DNA of 64,000 bases from the human T2T-CHM13v2.0 reference genome, Homo sapiens. Positions within the stretch are counted from its first letter, which is position 1; each line of letters opens with the position of its first letter. The stretch is from assembly GCF_009914755.1 (NCBI RefSeq), contig NC_060944.1, one strand, 5' to 3'. This document shows, in pieces, positions 44,105 to 58,089 of this stretch. Position numbers and translations under genes: made by a program. The notes beneath the pieces were generated by a model. The model worked only from the letters and a program-made list of their open reading frames with translations, was not told the DNA's origin and did no database searches.

Positions 44105-44635
44105 CATCATTCCTCCTTATTCATAGGGAGCACATTTCAAGACCACAGTGGATGCCTAACCCATGGATAGTACTGAACTCTATATATACTGTGCTTTTCC
44201 TATACATACATGTCTATGATAAAGTTTAATTTCTAAATTAGGCACAAGAAGAAAAAATCGCAATAACTAATAATAAAATAGAAGAATTATAACAATATGC
44301 CAGCATCACTGCTCTTGTACTTTGGGGCCATTGTAAATAGAATTAGGGTTACTTAAACACAAGCTCTGAGTCAATCTGCTAAGTGAGATGACTGCTAAGT
44401 GACTAATGAGCAAGTGGTATATACAGCGTGGATCCTCTAGACAAGGGGATCATTCAAGTCCCAGGTGGAATGGAGCAGGAGGGCAAGCAATTTCATCACA
44501 CTACTCAGCACAGTATGCAATTTAAAACTTATGAATTGTTTATTTCTGGGATTTTCCAGTTCATGTTTGCAGATTGCAGTAGACCACAGGTCACTGAAAC
44601 CCTGGAAAGTGAAACTGAATAACTGGGGACTATTA
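44105..44635. mobile_element. MER44B-like (Tigger7-derived) DNA transposon
   Basis: Degenerate TIRs (cctccttat... / ...ggggactatta); internal tatgataaagtttaattt and aatttaaaacttatgaattgtttatttctgg. Confidence 0.85.
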
Positions 44636-44885
44636 TATATTGTAGACCTGATGAAGTATTCTGAAAAATCATTGGGATAGATACATAGATAACTATGCCT
44701 GGTAAAAATGGCAATTTTTACTTCCAGGTGGAACAAATAAGTTCTAAAAGAAGGGACATGCAATCAAAATTAATTGGATCAGCAGTGGGTAACATTTACT
44801 TAGGTAAAATATAAAGAGATGTTATTGATTAATTGTAAATGTTATGTAAGTGTACTATGAGTATGAGAGAAATGTTTTAAAGTAC

Positions 44886-45418
44886 TTTATTAATTATATA
44901 TTTCCATATAACAAATCATCAAAAAATTTGTAGCCTAAAGCAATAAGTATTTATCTTCATACTTTTTTTTTCATTCAAAAGTTTGGAAGCGATTTAGCTG
45001 TATGAGTCTCTCATGAAACCACAGACCTGAGGCTGGCAGAGACTGTGGTCATCTGAAGACTTGACTGGGGCCATGGCAACAATTTCTAAGCTCATTCACA
45101 TGGTTGTTGGCAGGAAACCTTGGCTACTCAGTGGCCACTGGACAGATGCCCAGTTCCTCACTGTATAGGCCTCTTCTCACAACATGGTTGCTAACCCCTC
45201 CAGGTGCAATTAATCCAAGAGAATGAACAAGAGAGAGACCACGATGGAAGCAACAGTGCCTTTTTATGACCTGATCTGCAAAGTCAAACACTGTCATCTG
45301 TGCTTTCTTCCATTTGTTAGAAGCAAGTTACAAATTTCAGCCCCATTTAAGAGGAGGAGGATTCAGCCTGCCTCACAATGAGTTTCAGAGAATTTGTGGA
45401 CATATCTTTAAATCCACA
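44886..45418 (-). mobile_element. MLT1F-like LTR
   Basis: gtctctcatga...gtcatctgaagacttgactgggg...gaatttgtggacatatctttaaatccaca. Confidence 0.75.
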
Positions 45419-45684
45419 TAGAAATTTTTTTATCAATTATAAAAGGCATCAAAACAAAAACTTTAAATTTGATTAATCAAAATAAGCATTTTATTTTAAA
45501 GTATAAAAAATGATATTAAAAACAGCTGAAAGAAGTAAAAGTGATTGGAGAGGAAAATTAAGAAGATAGGGAGAAAAGAGATAGGAAGCTAGGTTTTACA
45601 TTGCTTTGCAGCCCTTTTGTAATTATTTTTTCAATTAAAAGCAAAGAAAGAAAAGATGGAAAATTAAAAAAAAAACTTTCTCAC

Positions 45685-45783
45685 CATGTGTTTCAGCGTT
45701 ATTTAATGCCATATCTATTTACCATTGAAAGTTTCCTTCTATAACACTTGTGTTACTTCTTCCATGCTGTGAGAATTACAGAC
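45685..45783 (-). other. Candidate exon, possibly the start-codon exon of the decayed gene
   Basis: Branch-like ttaac plus ttttactttctttctttag| acceptor; donors atg|gtaaat (45723) or atg|gtgaga (45685); Kozak-like agcATGg (MEEVTQVL*). Confidence 0.3.
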
Positions 45784-46963
45784 CTAAAGAAAGAAAGTAA
45801 AATGTTAATGCAATTCTTCTTCCCACCTGTTTTTCCTGAAAGAAACAGAAGGGAATGGAAGGAAAAGAAAAGTAAAAGAAGGGGATGAAAGAAAAGGGGA
45901 AGAAGTAAAGGAAGGCAGAAGACAGGGGAGAAGGAAAGGAGGTAGTTACATTCTTCTTCAAAGTCACTGTATCTGGCAGTACCTTTAGTATTTGTGAAAT
46001 AAGAAAGCATTAATTAAATTTAAAGAGAATTGCTATACATCAGTTATCCAGGAGCTTGATTCATATTTGTTGAGTGAATTAATGAATTTCCAAAAACTTT
46101 AATCCACAAATGCTGTCAAGTTCTCGAATGTTATTGATTTTCCCACAAGGATAGTAGATGAAAAAAATTTCTATATTCCTGGGGAAAATCTTATCTGAAG
46201 GCTTTCTTGTTTTTATTTCCATTTGTGTATGTTTTCGTCTTTGTCCCCATGGCACCAAATATTGCTTCAGAAATATAATTGTTGAAAAGCAATGTATCCA
46301 ATACTGGGCTGTGCTCTAGGGCAGGAAGCCATCATTCTCGCTCTAGGATGGATCTGGATGGGATTGTCTCTTGTTCCCTGTGTCCTTGTGTCCTTGTTCA
46401 ATTTACAGTGACCCAGGAGACCTACCTGGATGCATGTTTTCTTGTTTCTTTCTCCTGTGTGGCCGCACCATTGTGAATATGTTCATTGAGTTTCCTACAC
46501 CATGATGTGCCATGGTGTTTGTATCAGTGAGGATGTAAATTCAGCACCACTGAATGGCAGGAACGACCTAAAGTGGGTCAAACTAGTAAGAAGTTTTATT
46601 TTTCTCCTATAAAAAGTAGTAGGGAAATAGCCTGCAATTGTCTCCTTTTTCCTTTCTGTTCTGCCATCTTAGGATGTGGTTTTCAGGCTCACTCTTGTTG
46701 CCTCAAGGTTTGAAGACGCTGGCTTCTCCTCTGGCTTTGCTTCTGCATTCCTGCCTTAAAGAAGTGGAAGATTCAAGGCCAAATATATGAGGCAGCCAAG
46801 CCTTTCCTCTTCTAAGCAGCTTTCTCAGAAAGTCCAAGCTATGAACACAGGTTTGTTGCCTGACTACCCTTCAGTGTAAGGATGGCTGAAAAATGTAAGA
46901 TTCCTTTTTCATTTTCAGTTTTTTCTGTTTGCTTATTTCTTTTCACCCAGACACACTGCTGCT

Positions 46964-47530
46964 TGTTCTAAACTATGCATATTGGTTATGGTATGGTCAA
47001 GTCAGTGTAGCCGCTGGAGGAAAGAAAAATGAAGCTTGCAAGGAAGAAGTTGTTTAGGCCCACAGGTCCCAGAGAGGAGGGTCACCCTGGGTCGTGTAAG
47101 GCCACAAGGGACAGCACCAGTGTGGTCGGGAGACGAAGACAGGAGGCAGGGGAAATATAGGTGAGACCGTTTTTTGGGGTTTCCATGAGAGAGGCAAGGC
47201 AGGGTGAGATAAGCAGTTTAGGATTGACTAGTTTAAATAATGCCAGTGAGCTTCAGGACATTGTGGTGGTCTTTCGTTGGCTGGTACCTGGTCCTGTGAT
47301 GATTTAGGACAGGAAAAATAGTGGCTTGATATGTAAAAGTTAGTTAGATAAAGAAGTGGTTGTGGCTAAAGTCTCACAATTGGTTGGTTTATGTATAAAA
47401 GATGTGCTCACGGCTGAGCTCCTTGCTGTCTGTAAGAACTGGCTAGCCTTGGGAGAAGCAATCTCTGGCTTTTCAGATGTCAAAACATCATAAAATACAG
47501 AAAATAAAAGACATTATTGATATTAATATA
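46964..47530 (-). mobile_element. ERVL solo LTR (MER74/MER88/LTR53 group)
   Basis: Exact 5-bp TSD CTGCT (46959-46963 / 47531-47535); ggattgactagtttaaataat and gatgtcaaaacatcataaaatacaga motifs. Confidence 0.7.
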
Positions 47531-47534
47531 CTGC

Positions 47535-48048
47535 TATGGCAAATTGCTTGCAAAACATCAGCAATGATTTCTCTCCTTTTTCCCAGTCCCCTTGCAATGT
47601 AACTTTGAACCTTCTCCCACTGAGAGGTGGAGTCTGCCTCCCTACTCCTTAAGTCTGGACTTACCTTGTGACTTGCTTTGGCCAGTCGAATGAAGTGGAA
47701 GTGATGTAGTGCCAATTCCTAGCCTAGGCCTCTAGGGGTAGGTGCTTGAATGCTTTGTATCACTCTCTCAGAACTGTATCGATCCCCCATCTAGGCTATT
47801 CCACTGGATGGTGAGAGAAACAGGGCCCGTCACCCCTGTCACGCAGCCAATAGCTAGCCAATCCCCAGAACTAGAGTTATCTAGTTGAAAAGCAAGTGAT
47901 TGCAGACATATAAATGAGACTAGCTGAGACCAAAAGAACACCCAACTGAACCAAGCCCATAGAGCTGACATACAGAATTATGAAAAACTATTGTTTTAAG
48001 CTACTCAATTTTGTGACAATTATAATACATCAAAGGCTAACTGACACA
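47535..48048 (+). mobile_element. MLT1F/G-like LTR
   Basis: gaggtggagtct...ttgtgacttgctttggcca...ttgttttaagc...gctaactgacaca. Confidence 0.8.
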
Positions 48049-48173
48049 ATTGCCCTATAAAAGTAGGGTTACATTATTAAGGGAGAAGGTAAGAAAGGAA
48101 ATTGGTTAGGCAGCTGGTTGAGTCTGCCATGGGGTGACCAGGATTTCCAACTCTGTGGTATTCTTGGGACTTA

Positions 48174-48515
<342 letters not shown>

Positions 48516-48559
48516 TCAATAATATGATAAATATTTATTATTTCTTCATTCACTTAACT

Positions 48560-48881
48560 TTTAAAATTTTCATTTTACTGGCATAAAAACACTTAACATG
48601 AGATCCATCCTCCTAACAAATTTTAATTATGCAATTCATTATTGTTGACTCTAGATATTTGGAGAGCATATTCTTAGAGCTTATTCATCTCATTTAACTG
48701 AAACTTCATGCCTGTTGATAATAACTCATTTCTCCTCCCCCCACCCCCTGGTAACTCCCATTCCAGTCTTTAATTTTATGAATTTGACAATTTTAGATGC
48801 TTTATACAGGTGGAATTATACAGTACTTGTCTTTCTGTGACTGTCTTATTTCACTTAGCATAATATCCTAAAGATCCATGC
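48560..48881 (-). mobile_element. L1MA8/9-like 3' UTR
   Basis: aacacttaacatgagatc...cttattcatct..taactgaaactt...cttatttcacttagcataat. Confidence 0.8.
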
Positions 48882-49740
48882 ACTTTACTATGATTTTAAA
48901 ACAAAGCTGAGATAGTCAGATATTCAGGATGCATATCAACTGGGCACATGGAGGGCATCTGTGCATACTACAGCCCTGTGTCTTTCTCAGCTTCTCATTC
49001 AGTGGAACATCTGCAGCCAACATGGTGGTTTGGGCCATCATCAGGTTTAGATGTTTTCGTTTTTACTTATATGTTATTTAACTCATGCCAGATAGGACTG
49101 ATGGCTAGATAGGAGAATGAAGAAATGCTAATTTGGAAAATTAACAAGTTGCGTAAAAATCTCATTAAATTGTCTTTACCAGCCTGTGGGCTACAGTCAT
49201 GTTGTCTGCTTCTTGGATAGCAGGGAGACTTTCCATGGCACTTCAGGAGCCAACGGTAAAAAGGAAAAATATAGCAATGATTATTATATCCAATATGGCA
49301 TATCATTTATTGAAATAAGCACTAACCATACTTATAAAATGTAATTTGAAAAGAAATACTCCTAAGTACATGTCAGAAACCTTCTCTTGCATTTCCTCAT
49401 TTTGAAACATGAGAAACGTGTACATATAAACCATTTAATGTTTTATGCAAATGTTACAATTCCAAATATCAGGTCATAAAATTTAGTATTTGTGGTATGT
49501 ACATTGGATGCTATGATATGAAATTTTATCAAGTACAATTTAATGTATATTCGTTACCAAAACTATGATATATCTCTGATAATCAACTTAAACATTATGT
49601 CTCATATGAAATTAGAAAATTTAAAAGTCTAACTTTATAGATTTTGTATAGTTATTAAATACTTTAGTAAGTACATATATTGTATAATATATTCATGTAT
49701 AGAGACTATATATAGGTATATATGTGTATGTATTGATATG

Positions 49741-50625
49741 TGTTGCGATGTTTTTCTCTCTAATTTCAGTCTTGAGGTCTCTCCCTCTTGCAGGTGGCTA
49801 TAGACTCTAGCCCTTACAAGACTTCAGGTGATTTGGTCATGGATGTTTATAGTACACCTTTCAGGGGGTGCCTTTTTATACTGGAGGATGGCCTAGTGCC
49901 TAAGTGTCCCACCCATGAGCAGGTGTTCCTCTCACAGGAAACTTGTTGATACTGGCTGATGTTCTTGTGGCTCTCCTCTGACCTGTGTCCACTTTATTTC
50001 TAGCAAGATAGCCAATGTCTAGAAGAGCCCTGACCTGGAGAGATGTGAGTTTCAGGTGTAGGGTTCAGGTGAGGCACAGAGGAGGCAGCACAGGGGACAC
50101 ATGAACTCACAGAAGCAGTGCATTACAGTGTATTCCTAGAGGCCACCAGAGAAGAGGAGAGCCATGGAGAGCGGGGGGACAGTCATGGCATCACTGTGCT
50201 CAGCCAGCAGGTGGAGAGTCCACAGGAGAGATACCTGTGGGCCTGAGCCTTATTGGGTCCAAGGCATTGCCCAAGCAGCTTTCCCTCAGGCAGTTCTAAT
50301 GGGTGGGTTTAGAGAAAGCCAACACGAGTCCCAACAGACCACGCTGTGACTTGTTAAATGTCATCATAACATATCTGCACAGTCCATGTGGGATGGAAGG
50401 GCCGGTGGAATGAGTCTGGTGGGTTGTATGTATCTATATGTCCCATAGGGAGATGGTGTGCCAGGAGGCAGGTGTATAGGGCAGCTTTCTGGATCAACCA
50501 CAGGGAGGAGGAGGCAGAGAGCTAGAAACTGTGTCAAAGGTGACTAAGCCCTTCTTGTATGAGATAGTTAGCCCTATACTCAAAATGGATGCCACGGCAG
50601 TGCAAAATTACAAGGGCTCACTACA
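49741..50625 (-). mobile_element. MER54-like ERVL solo LTR (about 885 bp)
   Basis: TG...CA termini; ctctcacaggaaacttg...ctgacctgtgtcca...caagatagcca and caaaatggatgcca motifs. Confidence 0.7.
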
Positions 50626-52034
50626 GCATGTGTATGTATAAGCTGCGTTGATGTACGGATGTGTTTCTCCAGGGCTGCTGGGCATCTTTCCAGATTTTGA
50701 GTTGCTTCTCTCTTCCGTAAGCTTGACTGACTATGCGTCAGACTTTGGGCTTTGACAGAGGACAAGTCATCTGCAGCTTTAACCACTATGTCAGCAGAAT
50801 CGGAACTGGCTGCCCCACTCTGGGTGTCTCAGTTTCTTCAGTCTGGGCATCCCAGCTGTTTCTGTGTGTCCCAGCAATCTGTTTCTTCTTTGTTCCTGAA
50901 ATGGCCTTTTCTTAGCATGCCCTTTCATGCTGTGGGCTCTTTGGGAGTTGCAGGTAAAATTAATTTTCCCGGCATGATTCTTATTAGAATTCATTTCCAA
51001 GAAGCCACTGTCTGATAATCTTGGACCAATTCAATAGAGAAGTGCTGAAATTTTCAGAGGCTAAACGGGACAAAAAATAATGAAGGCCATCTTCTTACTT
51101 TTTATCCGAGGGATGACGGAAGTCTGGAGTTTCAATCCACTTTGAAGTTCCCAGCCAGAGGGATAATTTAAATTAATTAATATAAAACAATAATGCTTTG
51201 TGCAGATGCGGTTGAGCCTGCATATAAGAAACTCCATATACTTCATAACTAACTGCTTGTATTAATCTTCTGTCTTAATTCATGATGGGCCTGCTCTCTG
51301 AACATCTCCATCTGTAGCAGACCTGGTTTCTTTACTTAGCAGTAGGTACTAGGGCAGAGAGGAGTTCAGTGGTTTCCTTAGCTTCCCACAAATTTGTAAA
51401 GAATAATTAATGCAGGGCCAACACTAGAACCTATTTTCAACTCACTTGACATAACTATGTTTTCTGGGTGCACAGCTGAGATTTTCCAAATAACAATAAA
51501 CATACCTTCTTCACGTCCTTACTGTGAGCTACTGAGCTGCCAGGAGTGATTACAGGTAGGTCTCTTCTTAAGGAGACTAGACTTTCACACAGAAAAACAA
51601 CCTTATGGAGTTTTTACATTTTATTTCGGAATTGGATTTTGTATCTCTCAAGGCACTAGACTATTTTACTCTTCATTCTTATTGCAAATCTATGTTGGGA
51701 GCACAGATATTTATATATATTTGGAGCACACAAAAATTTATTGATGGGACTTACAGAGTATGAAGTTGAAATATTCATAATTAAAGGAAAGAGCTTCTCA
51801 TATTTGTGCATTGGAGTCATCTGTAAGAATTCCGGAAGAACACAGGTATTATTTGTTCGAATCTGGACAGGTGTATGGCAGAGAATGTTTTAGGTAGTGA
51901 AAGAAGCAGCCCCTTAGGGGCCAGGTAAAGATCAATATGTGAGAAAAAATGGGGTGGGGAGAGAAGGAACAGAAGAAGGGACACATTTGATAACACAAGG
52001 TCCAAGTGAGGTGAGACGCCTTCATCCCAATGGC

Positions 52035-52625
52035 ATTGTTTGGAACATTCTATGATATAACCCATGCAAAGTCCTTTCCACAGTGTCTAATACACAGTAA
52101 TCACTCAGGAAACATTTACAGAGGATTTTCTATGGGGCAGGCACTCCACTCAGTGAGTTTTGTGAAGCTCACATAATTTTTAGAACAATCCACGAGAGAG
52201 ATGCTATTATTATCACCAATTTACAGGTGAGGCAGCTGAGAACAGACAGTAAGTTACTTGCCCAGGGTCATGTAAGCACTAGCCAGGAATCCATCATTTA
52301 GTTGCTAGAGTAGTCTGCTTCTTTGTTAGCCATTATCATTAGTTAATGCTAATTGGCTGTTGTTATTAGCTGTTATTATTATTTGTTAATAATAATACTG
52401 CATACTACTAATACTCCATATTACTACTCTGCACTGTCTTCGAATGCCAGCTTTTATTACTAGTAGCAGAGTTTTATTATGATTGTATGCTTTTTAAGAA
52501 CTTAGGATCTGGAATTCAAGCTCCCAGGGTTCATGTCTTTTTTATTCTTTTTTTCTAACTGTGTAAGACTAAATTTAATCTTTCTCAACTGGTATTGTCA
52601 TCTGAAAAATGGGATCATATTAGTA
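52035..52625. mobile_element. Cluster of MIR fragments (both orientations)
   Basis: MIR cores tttacaggtgaggcagctgag...acttgcccagggtca and tcatctgaaaaatgggat. Confidence 0.65.
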
Positions 52626-52626
52626 T

Positions 52627-52995
52627 TGTGACCATTAGGACATTTGACAGATATGTTTTTAATCCTTTCCTTCTGGGCACTTGGTAGGATGGCACTTCTC
52701 CATCTTCTCTGAAAGTAGGAGTGGCCATGTGACTCACATTTGGCCAGTGAAATGTGCATGGAAGTGATTGGTGTAACTACCAAGCAGACGTTTTAAGAGC
52801 ACAGTGAACAATATCCTCTGTTCTGCATCGGCAATCACGATAGAGGGTTGTCACCTGAGTCCTTGAGTTAACTATATTAAGCAGAGTCCTCAGACGACCC
52901 ATGATGGGGCATGTAGCATGACAACAAGTAAATCTTAGTTAGTTTAGCAATGAAATTTTGAGGTGTTTGTTCTTGTAGCATAATCTACTTGACAT
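52627..52995 (+). mobile_element. MLT1I/J-like LTR
   Basis: ggccatgtgactcacatttggccagtgaaatgtg...ggaagtga...tgtttgttcttgtagcataat. Confidence 0.7.
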
Positions 52996-53034
52996 AACTA
53001 GATCTGCCTAGATCTAGATGCAGCGTAACCCAGT

Positions 53035-53484
53035 CAGTCAGTCAGTCAGGACTGGTTAAGTTGTGCTGTAGTAACAAACAACCTTTTAATGACATTGTGT
53101 AGCTTATGCTTTATATACATCAGAGGTTGACTGAGTGCTTTTCTTCCTATCATCCTCATTCAGAGACCTAGACTAGCAGAGGAGCTGCCATCCTGAAATT
53201 TCCTGGTTGCCATGGCAAAGAGCATGACAAATCATGCTTTGGCTGCTAAAGCTTATGCCTGCAGTATTTGCAGGCACTTTTGCTCGCATCTTGAGAGACC
53301 CCACCTAGCTACAAGAGTTCAGAGAACAGCAATCCCACCTCTATTTTATTTATTTATTTATTTTTATTTCAATAGCTTTTGGGGTACAAGTGGTTTTTGG
53401 TTACATGGATGAATTGTACAGTGGTAAACTACCTCTATTTTAGGGAGCCAGAAATACTTGGTGAATAGCGGTGATAAATTACAC
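53035..53484 (-). mobile_element. Old MLT1 LTR interrupted by a tiny L1PB insertion
   Basis: cagtcaggactggttaagttgtgctgtagtaacaaac start; gccagaaatacttggtgaatagc end. Confidence 0.6.
53349..53428 (-). mobile_element. Extremely 5'-truncated L1PB (about 80 bp)
   Basis: tcaatagcttttggggtacaagtggtttttggttacatggatgaatt; TSD acctctatttta (53337-53348 / 53431-53442). Confidence 0.85.
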
Positions 53485-55819
53485 CTCTTATATCTTTTCT
53501 CTGTATCTGCATCATTTAACATGCATATAATCTATATTAATCCTTTACATTTTGTATGTTTATATGCAAATTTCCTAGGTACAGAAAGCAATTTGTCAGC
53601 AATTGACATCTTAGTTCTAGGATTAAAAAAAATATTTAATGAAATCGATCCAGATAGAATAGAATTTTCTTTGAGACCTGAATACCTTCTCTTAACTTGT
53701 ATGGAAATTGTTCTTTTGGACAGAAGAAGAGATTGTGATCTCCATCTTGTGCCATACTTAGTTATCATGGCCCTTTTGGAAAATATTAAGGCTTAAGGGT
53801 ATTTAAAGGGACATCAGCACAACTTTTTTCTCTCCAGTTTTCACTTTTCTTCATCCTAGTTTGAAAAACCTTTATTATGATTATGTTATAATATAAATCA
53901 TAATTATTTTGTATATTTGTTATCATGTATCTCTTATTACCATCCTGCAAACACATGACTATACAAATTATTAAATTTTCAAGATTAACTGATTGAGGTT
54001 AAGCTTGATTTCAGATTTAAACCTTATTTTTGTATGCTTTAACTTAGTTGATAATACATGTCATGTGGCTAATACTCATTTGACTTAAAAAAAGAATGAA
54101 AATAGAACACTGTCCCTGATACCAATGCCATAATTTTTCATTTTGATGATAAGCCACCCAATGTCTGAATGAGTTCCCATATACAACCATTCATCTGGAA
54201 CTTCCAATAATGTCACTGTGATTGCCTATACACAGAACTTTAAACAAGCTGAAGGCCAACCAGCTTGCTTGCATAGAAAATTAAATTCTTCTCCCTAGAA
54301 CACACCAGGGACAAGCAGAATGTGAGGATCAATGCAAATTAATGGCATATTCCTTGATACAGATTAAAACAGACAGAAGAAATGTAGTCTCTTGGGTTTA
54401 AACACAGCCTTAGCAGCAACCAGACTTTAGTTCTCAATTGCAACTCCAGTACTTTTTCTCTGAGATACAGATGCTATTCAAGCAGCCACTGCTGCCCAGC
54501 AGTGAGAGAGGCACATGTTTGATGGAGTTTTGTTGCATTGGGGTTAACAAAAGGGAATAAGACCTGTCAAACCAATATATTTGTCAAGGTCCCATAATAT
54601 TTTTCAGATGTCAGTGACAGGAAAGCCTGTGTGTATCTCCTAAAAGTCTTGTGGCCAGAGTTCACAAATGACTTCATGTGTCTAGCCACTGAATATGTTT
54701 CCCTCTTGACTTTGCTGCTGAAAGTTCAGAGTTGAGTCTGGGCACAGTGTAAACATTTTTTTTTGCAGAATTTAGAACATTTTGGAGTACTGTTCAGCCT
54801 TTGTTTTGCTTTACCTAACCTCATGCATTGTCTTTTGTTAATTATTTGAAGTCTTTTTATGAAACCAGGCAGGGAATAGATGAATGCATACATTAATTCA
54901 TTGATATTCTGATGGCTAAATACCAATCTTTAAGGTTACAGTGATGAGACAAAGACTTACCAAAGTCCAAAATATCTCATAAGCTGCAAGATATATAAGC
55001 CTACAGAGATTGATGAGGTTGTTAAAATGGAATCCACTTGGATTGAATGGTGGCCAATCTCAGAGCTGTTTTAAGCAGAAATGCATTCATTTCTTAAGGA
55101 AATACTAGAAAATGTGAACAGGCCCTAGAGAGGAAAAGGAAAGGCCAACTGCTCTAGATAAAACACAAAAACAAACAGAAAGGTTGGAATATAGAACACG
55201 TCTTGAACATCAGCTTTGAAAGTGGAAGCTGGTTCTTCATTGTGAGGAGAAATGGAGAGCGGTTATCAGTATTAATGAACTCCTTATACTTCCCAGGTAG
55301 GCCTCAACTGCTTGGGATCTGATGCAATATAACTAACTTAGTGAATTAGCTGGGGTGGAAGACAGAGGTTGTGTTTCAGTGGTGGGGTCTGTGACAATCT
55401 GTAAGGTACACTATGGTAAGTCAGGAACTACAAGTTGTCTGCAGCTCCTAAGCACGTGGAGTTAAGCTCCTGAGGCTGGTGCTCTATCTTCCTAGTAATT
55501 TATTGGCGATGGTGAGCTCAGAAGGGAACCCAAAGGCACTTTGGACAGTGCTCTTTAGAAATTTAATTGAGCCAGAGGCTCTGATTGGTAGCCAGTGTCT
55601 GTGTGGTGTAAAGAAGAGGAAAATATTTTGAATGGACCAAGTGGCTGTGGCTGGATCAAAGAGTGTGTGTTGTGTGTGTGCGTACATGCATGTATATGTT
55701 GGTGGAGCTCTATACTAAGGTGGAGTTGTGACTATGGAAGGAGGCAGGGCTGTGACAGAATCTCTTGTGATGATACCCATGCGTGTTTAGGGTTTGGTAA
55801 ATGGCAGAGCAGCTCTTGG

Positions 55820-56007
55820 TCCAAGCACTTTTTAAAGAACTTTGCATATATTAACACTTTTTAAAGATTCATGCTACAGGTACTATTATTATGCTCATTT
55901 TAGAGAAAGGAAAATTGAGACATAAAACACATGAATGACTTTCCCATGGTCACTCAACTTCTAAGTCTGAGAGCTCAGATTCAAACCCAGACAGTGGATC
56001 TTCAGAC
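55820..56007 (-). mobile_element. MIR
   Basis: aggtactattatt...cattttagagaaaggaaaattgag...gactttcccatggtcac...gattcaaacccag. Confidence 0.75.
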
Positions 56008-57427
56008 TTACCCACTGCTCCCCATAGACTTTCCTGTTGTGAATTCCTGCTGGAATGGCCCTGGTGCACTATGCAGGGGCTATCAAGATACACTCAGGAG
56101 TGGCAGAGTTGGAAAGATCTTCCAACAGCAGTCCTGAGCTACTTCACTCCTCTACCATCACCCAACATATAGGACCTATTTTATTTAGCTTGGATCTTAA
56201 ACAGGATAAATTCCCTTTTCTAAAATAAAAAAAAAACAAAATCATTTCTGGAGACTTAATGCCTTCATTTTCCAGCGGACTGGCCTGTGAGGATCACATT
56301 CCTTCACTTGTAGATCTCAGGGAACAGAAACCTGGCCTTGATCTTTTCTTTTAAAGTTGACCCACTTTCTCTGCAGTGAGCATCTTGACAACAGGTGTGG
56401 CTCCTTTTGTTAAGCTGGTATATAATAGTAGGTTCCCTTTCATCCTTTTCTTAGGATAAAGCATCCCTTACTGGTCCTCAAAATATACAATTCAGGGAAC
56501 AGCTCAAGTGATCCTCTGCAGGGCAAAGTAAGTCTGCCTCTCTCAGTTAAAATTAAACAAAACGTGGCACCCACTTCATAGTTGGACTCATTAGAGTCCC
56601 TAAGTACTGACACCACCACCAATTATCTCATGACTCTTCAAACCTTGCTTTTGTCACAGGAGATCATGACCAGACAAATGCCTCCTTGGAGGGGGAACAT
56701 CCCTCTGTAATAACTTGCTGTAAAGACCATTAATAGTGAAACTTCTGCCTCTGATCTGCAATATGCTCCAATTACAGTTGACAAGATATCAGAAGACAAT
56801 CTATTGCCAGATAGGACTATTGAATGCTGTAGCTCTGCTGTTTGAAAAGGGTAGAAGATAGAGAATGTTAATATTACCCAATAAAATATCTGTATTCTAA
56901 AGTAAACAATTGAGGGCATATGTGAGAAAACAAAGAAAGAAGGAAATAAGATGCCAGTGCCCCTAACTGCTTCCTGGATTTTTTTCTCCTTCTTTCCTTC
57001 ACTCTTTTTTTTTTTCCGCAAATCACTCTAGAGCTGTCCATTTTGTGTGTTTACCTTAAATTGTTTTTGTCTTAGAGATTCAGGATCACAATTAGCATTT
57101 ATAATGAAGATTTAAGAGATGTCAGTTATGTAGGAATTTTAATGGCAATTAAAATGTTATCAGGAAAAATTTAAATTCCAACTGAAGAAAAAGAAAAAAA
57201 GAAAACAGTATCATTAAAAAATCGGCAGTGACATTTTAATGCTGGAAAAAAAACTCTTTTCCAGATCTCACAGGTAATATTCTGTGCATGGTTAGACCTT
57301 TTAAAATAAATGTCATGTAGGGTGGGGGCCCACCTGCTTAGTGCAGACCAGGCAGCTTTTCAGAGGCTCCAGGCCACAACACTGGGCTCTCAGAAGAATG
57401 GTTTACATATGGCTCATGCCTGGAGAC

Positions 57428-58037
57428 TGTATCAGTTAGGGTTTAGCCAGGAAGAGAGAGATACTATGAGTAATACTAAATGAGGCCTTTATTACGGGAA
57501 TTAGATCTTACTCATATGTGGCAAGAACTGGAAGTGCAGTTCTGGAGGGAGGAATTAGAGAATCAGAAGATTAGCTACTAACTTCTCTGATTGCAGCACT
57601 GGTGTGGTGACATCAGAACTTGCAGGAACATTCTGTAGCCAAGGGCATCTGGCCATCAATGTGGGAGGACAGATAAAAGAAGGAGAGGCATATGGGAAGC
57701 TGTTGCTGCTTTGAAGATCTCACTTTCGTGGATCCAAAGCCCAGCATCTGGTGGGCATCTGGTGCTGGACATGGGATACCATTGGCCAGCAGTTTCTGCA
57801 GCAAGGAAGAGGAGTGGGACAAGGAGCGGAGGAGATATGGATAAGCTGGGCCTGCCAGACACTTCTGCTGTGTTCACTGCAGCTCTCAGCATCGTGACCT
57901 TTTAGGAGTAATGGCTCCTGTTTCACTTCCTCCTTCCAAATCCCATGCATGTTCTTCATTTGGCCAACTCCAACTGAGATCAAATAAATAATTCTGGAGA
58001 ACATACTTCGTAGGATAAGCCTAGTTGATATAACACA
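57428..58037 (-). mobile_element. ERVL solo LTR (LTR41-like)
   Basis: tgtatcagttagggttt start, gggaattagatcttac, cttccaaatcccatgc...ttggccaact, TAACACA end. Confidence 0.55.
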
Positions 58038-58089
58038 ATCCGGTACTCTAACTATACAATAGCTTATTTATGTCAAGGATTTTGGCTAT

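Larger units (their letters stand above)
46520..48130 (-). mobile_element. MLT1J/K-like LTR split by two insertions (host parts about 46520-46963 and 48049-48130)
   Basis: tgtatcagtgaggatg start; end gaaattggttaggcagctgg...ctgcca resumes after 48048. Confidence 0.6.

Noticed and set aside
43720-44880. Possible HAL1/L1ME remnant flanking MER44
   Set aside because: Too degenerate to call by eye.
53458-53796. 112 aa ORF (also 56638-57021 and 62709-63136)
   Set aside because: No recognisable domain, non-ATG starts in several, and partial overlap with MLT or L2; consistent with chance.
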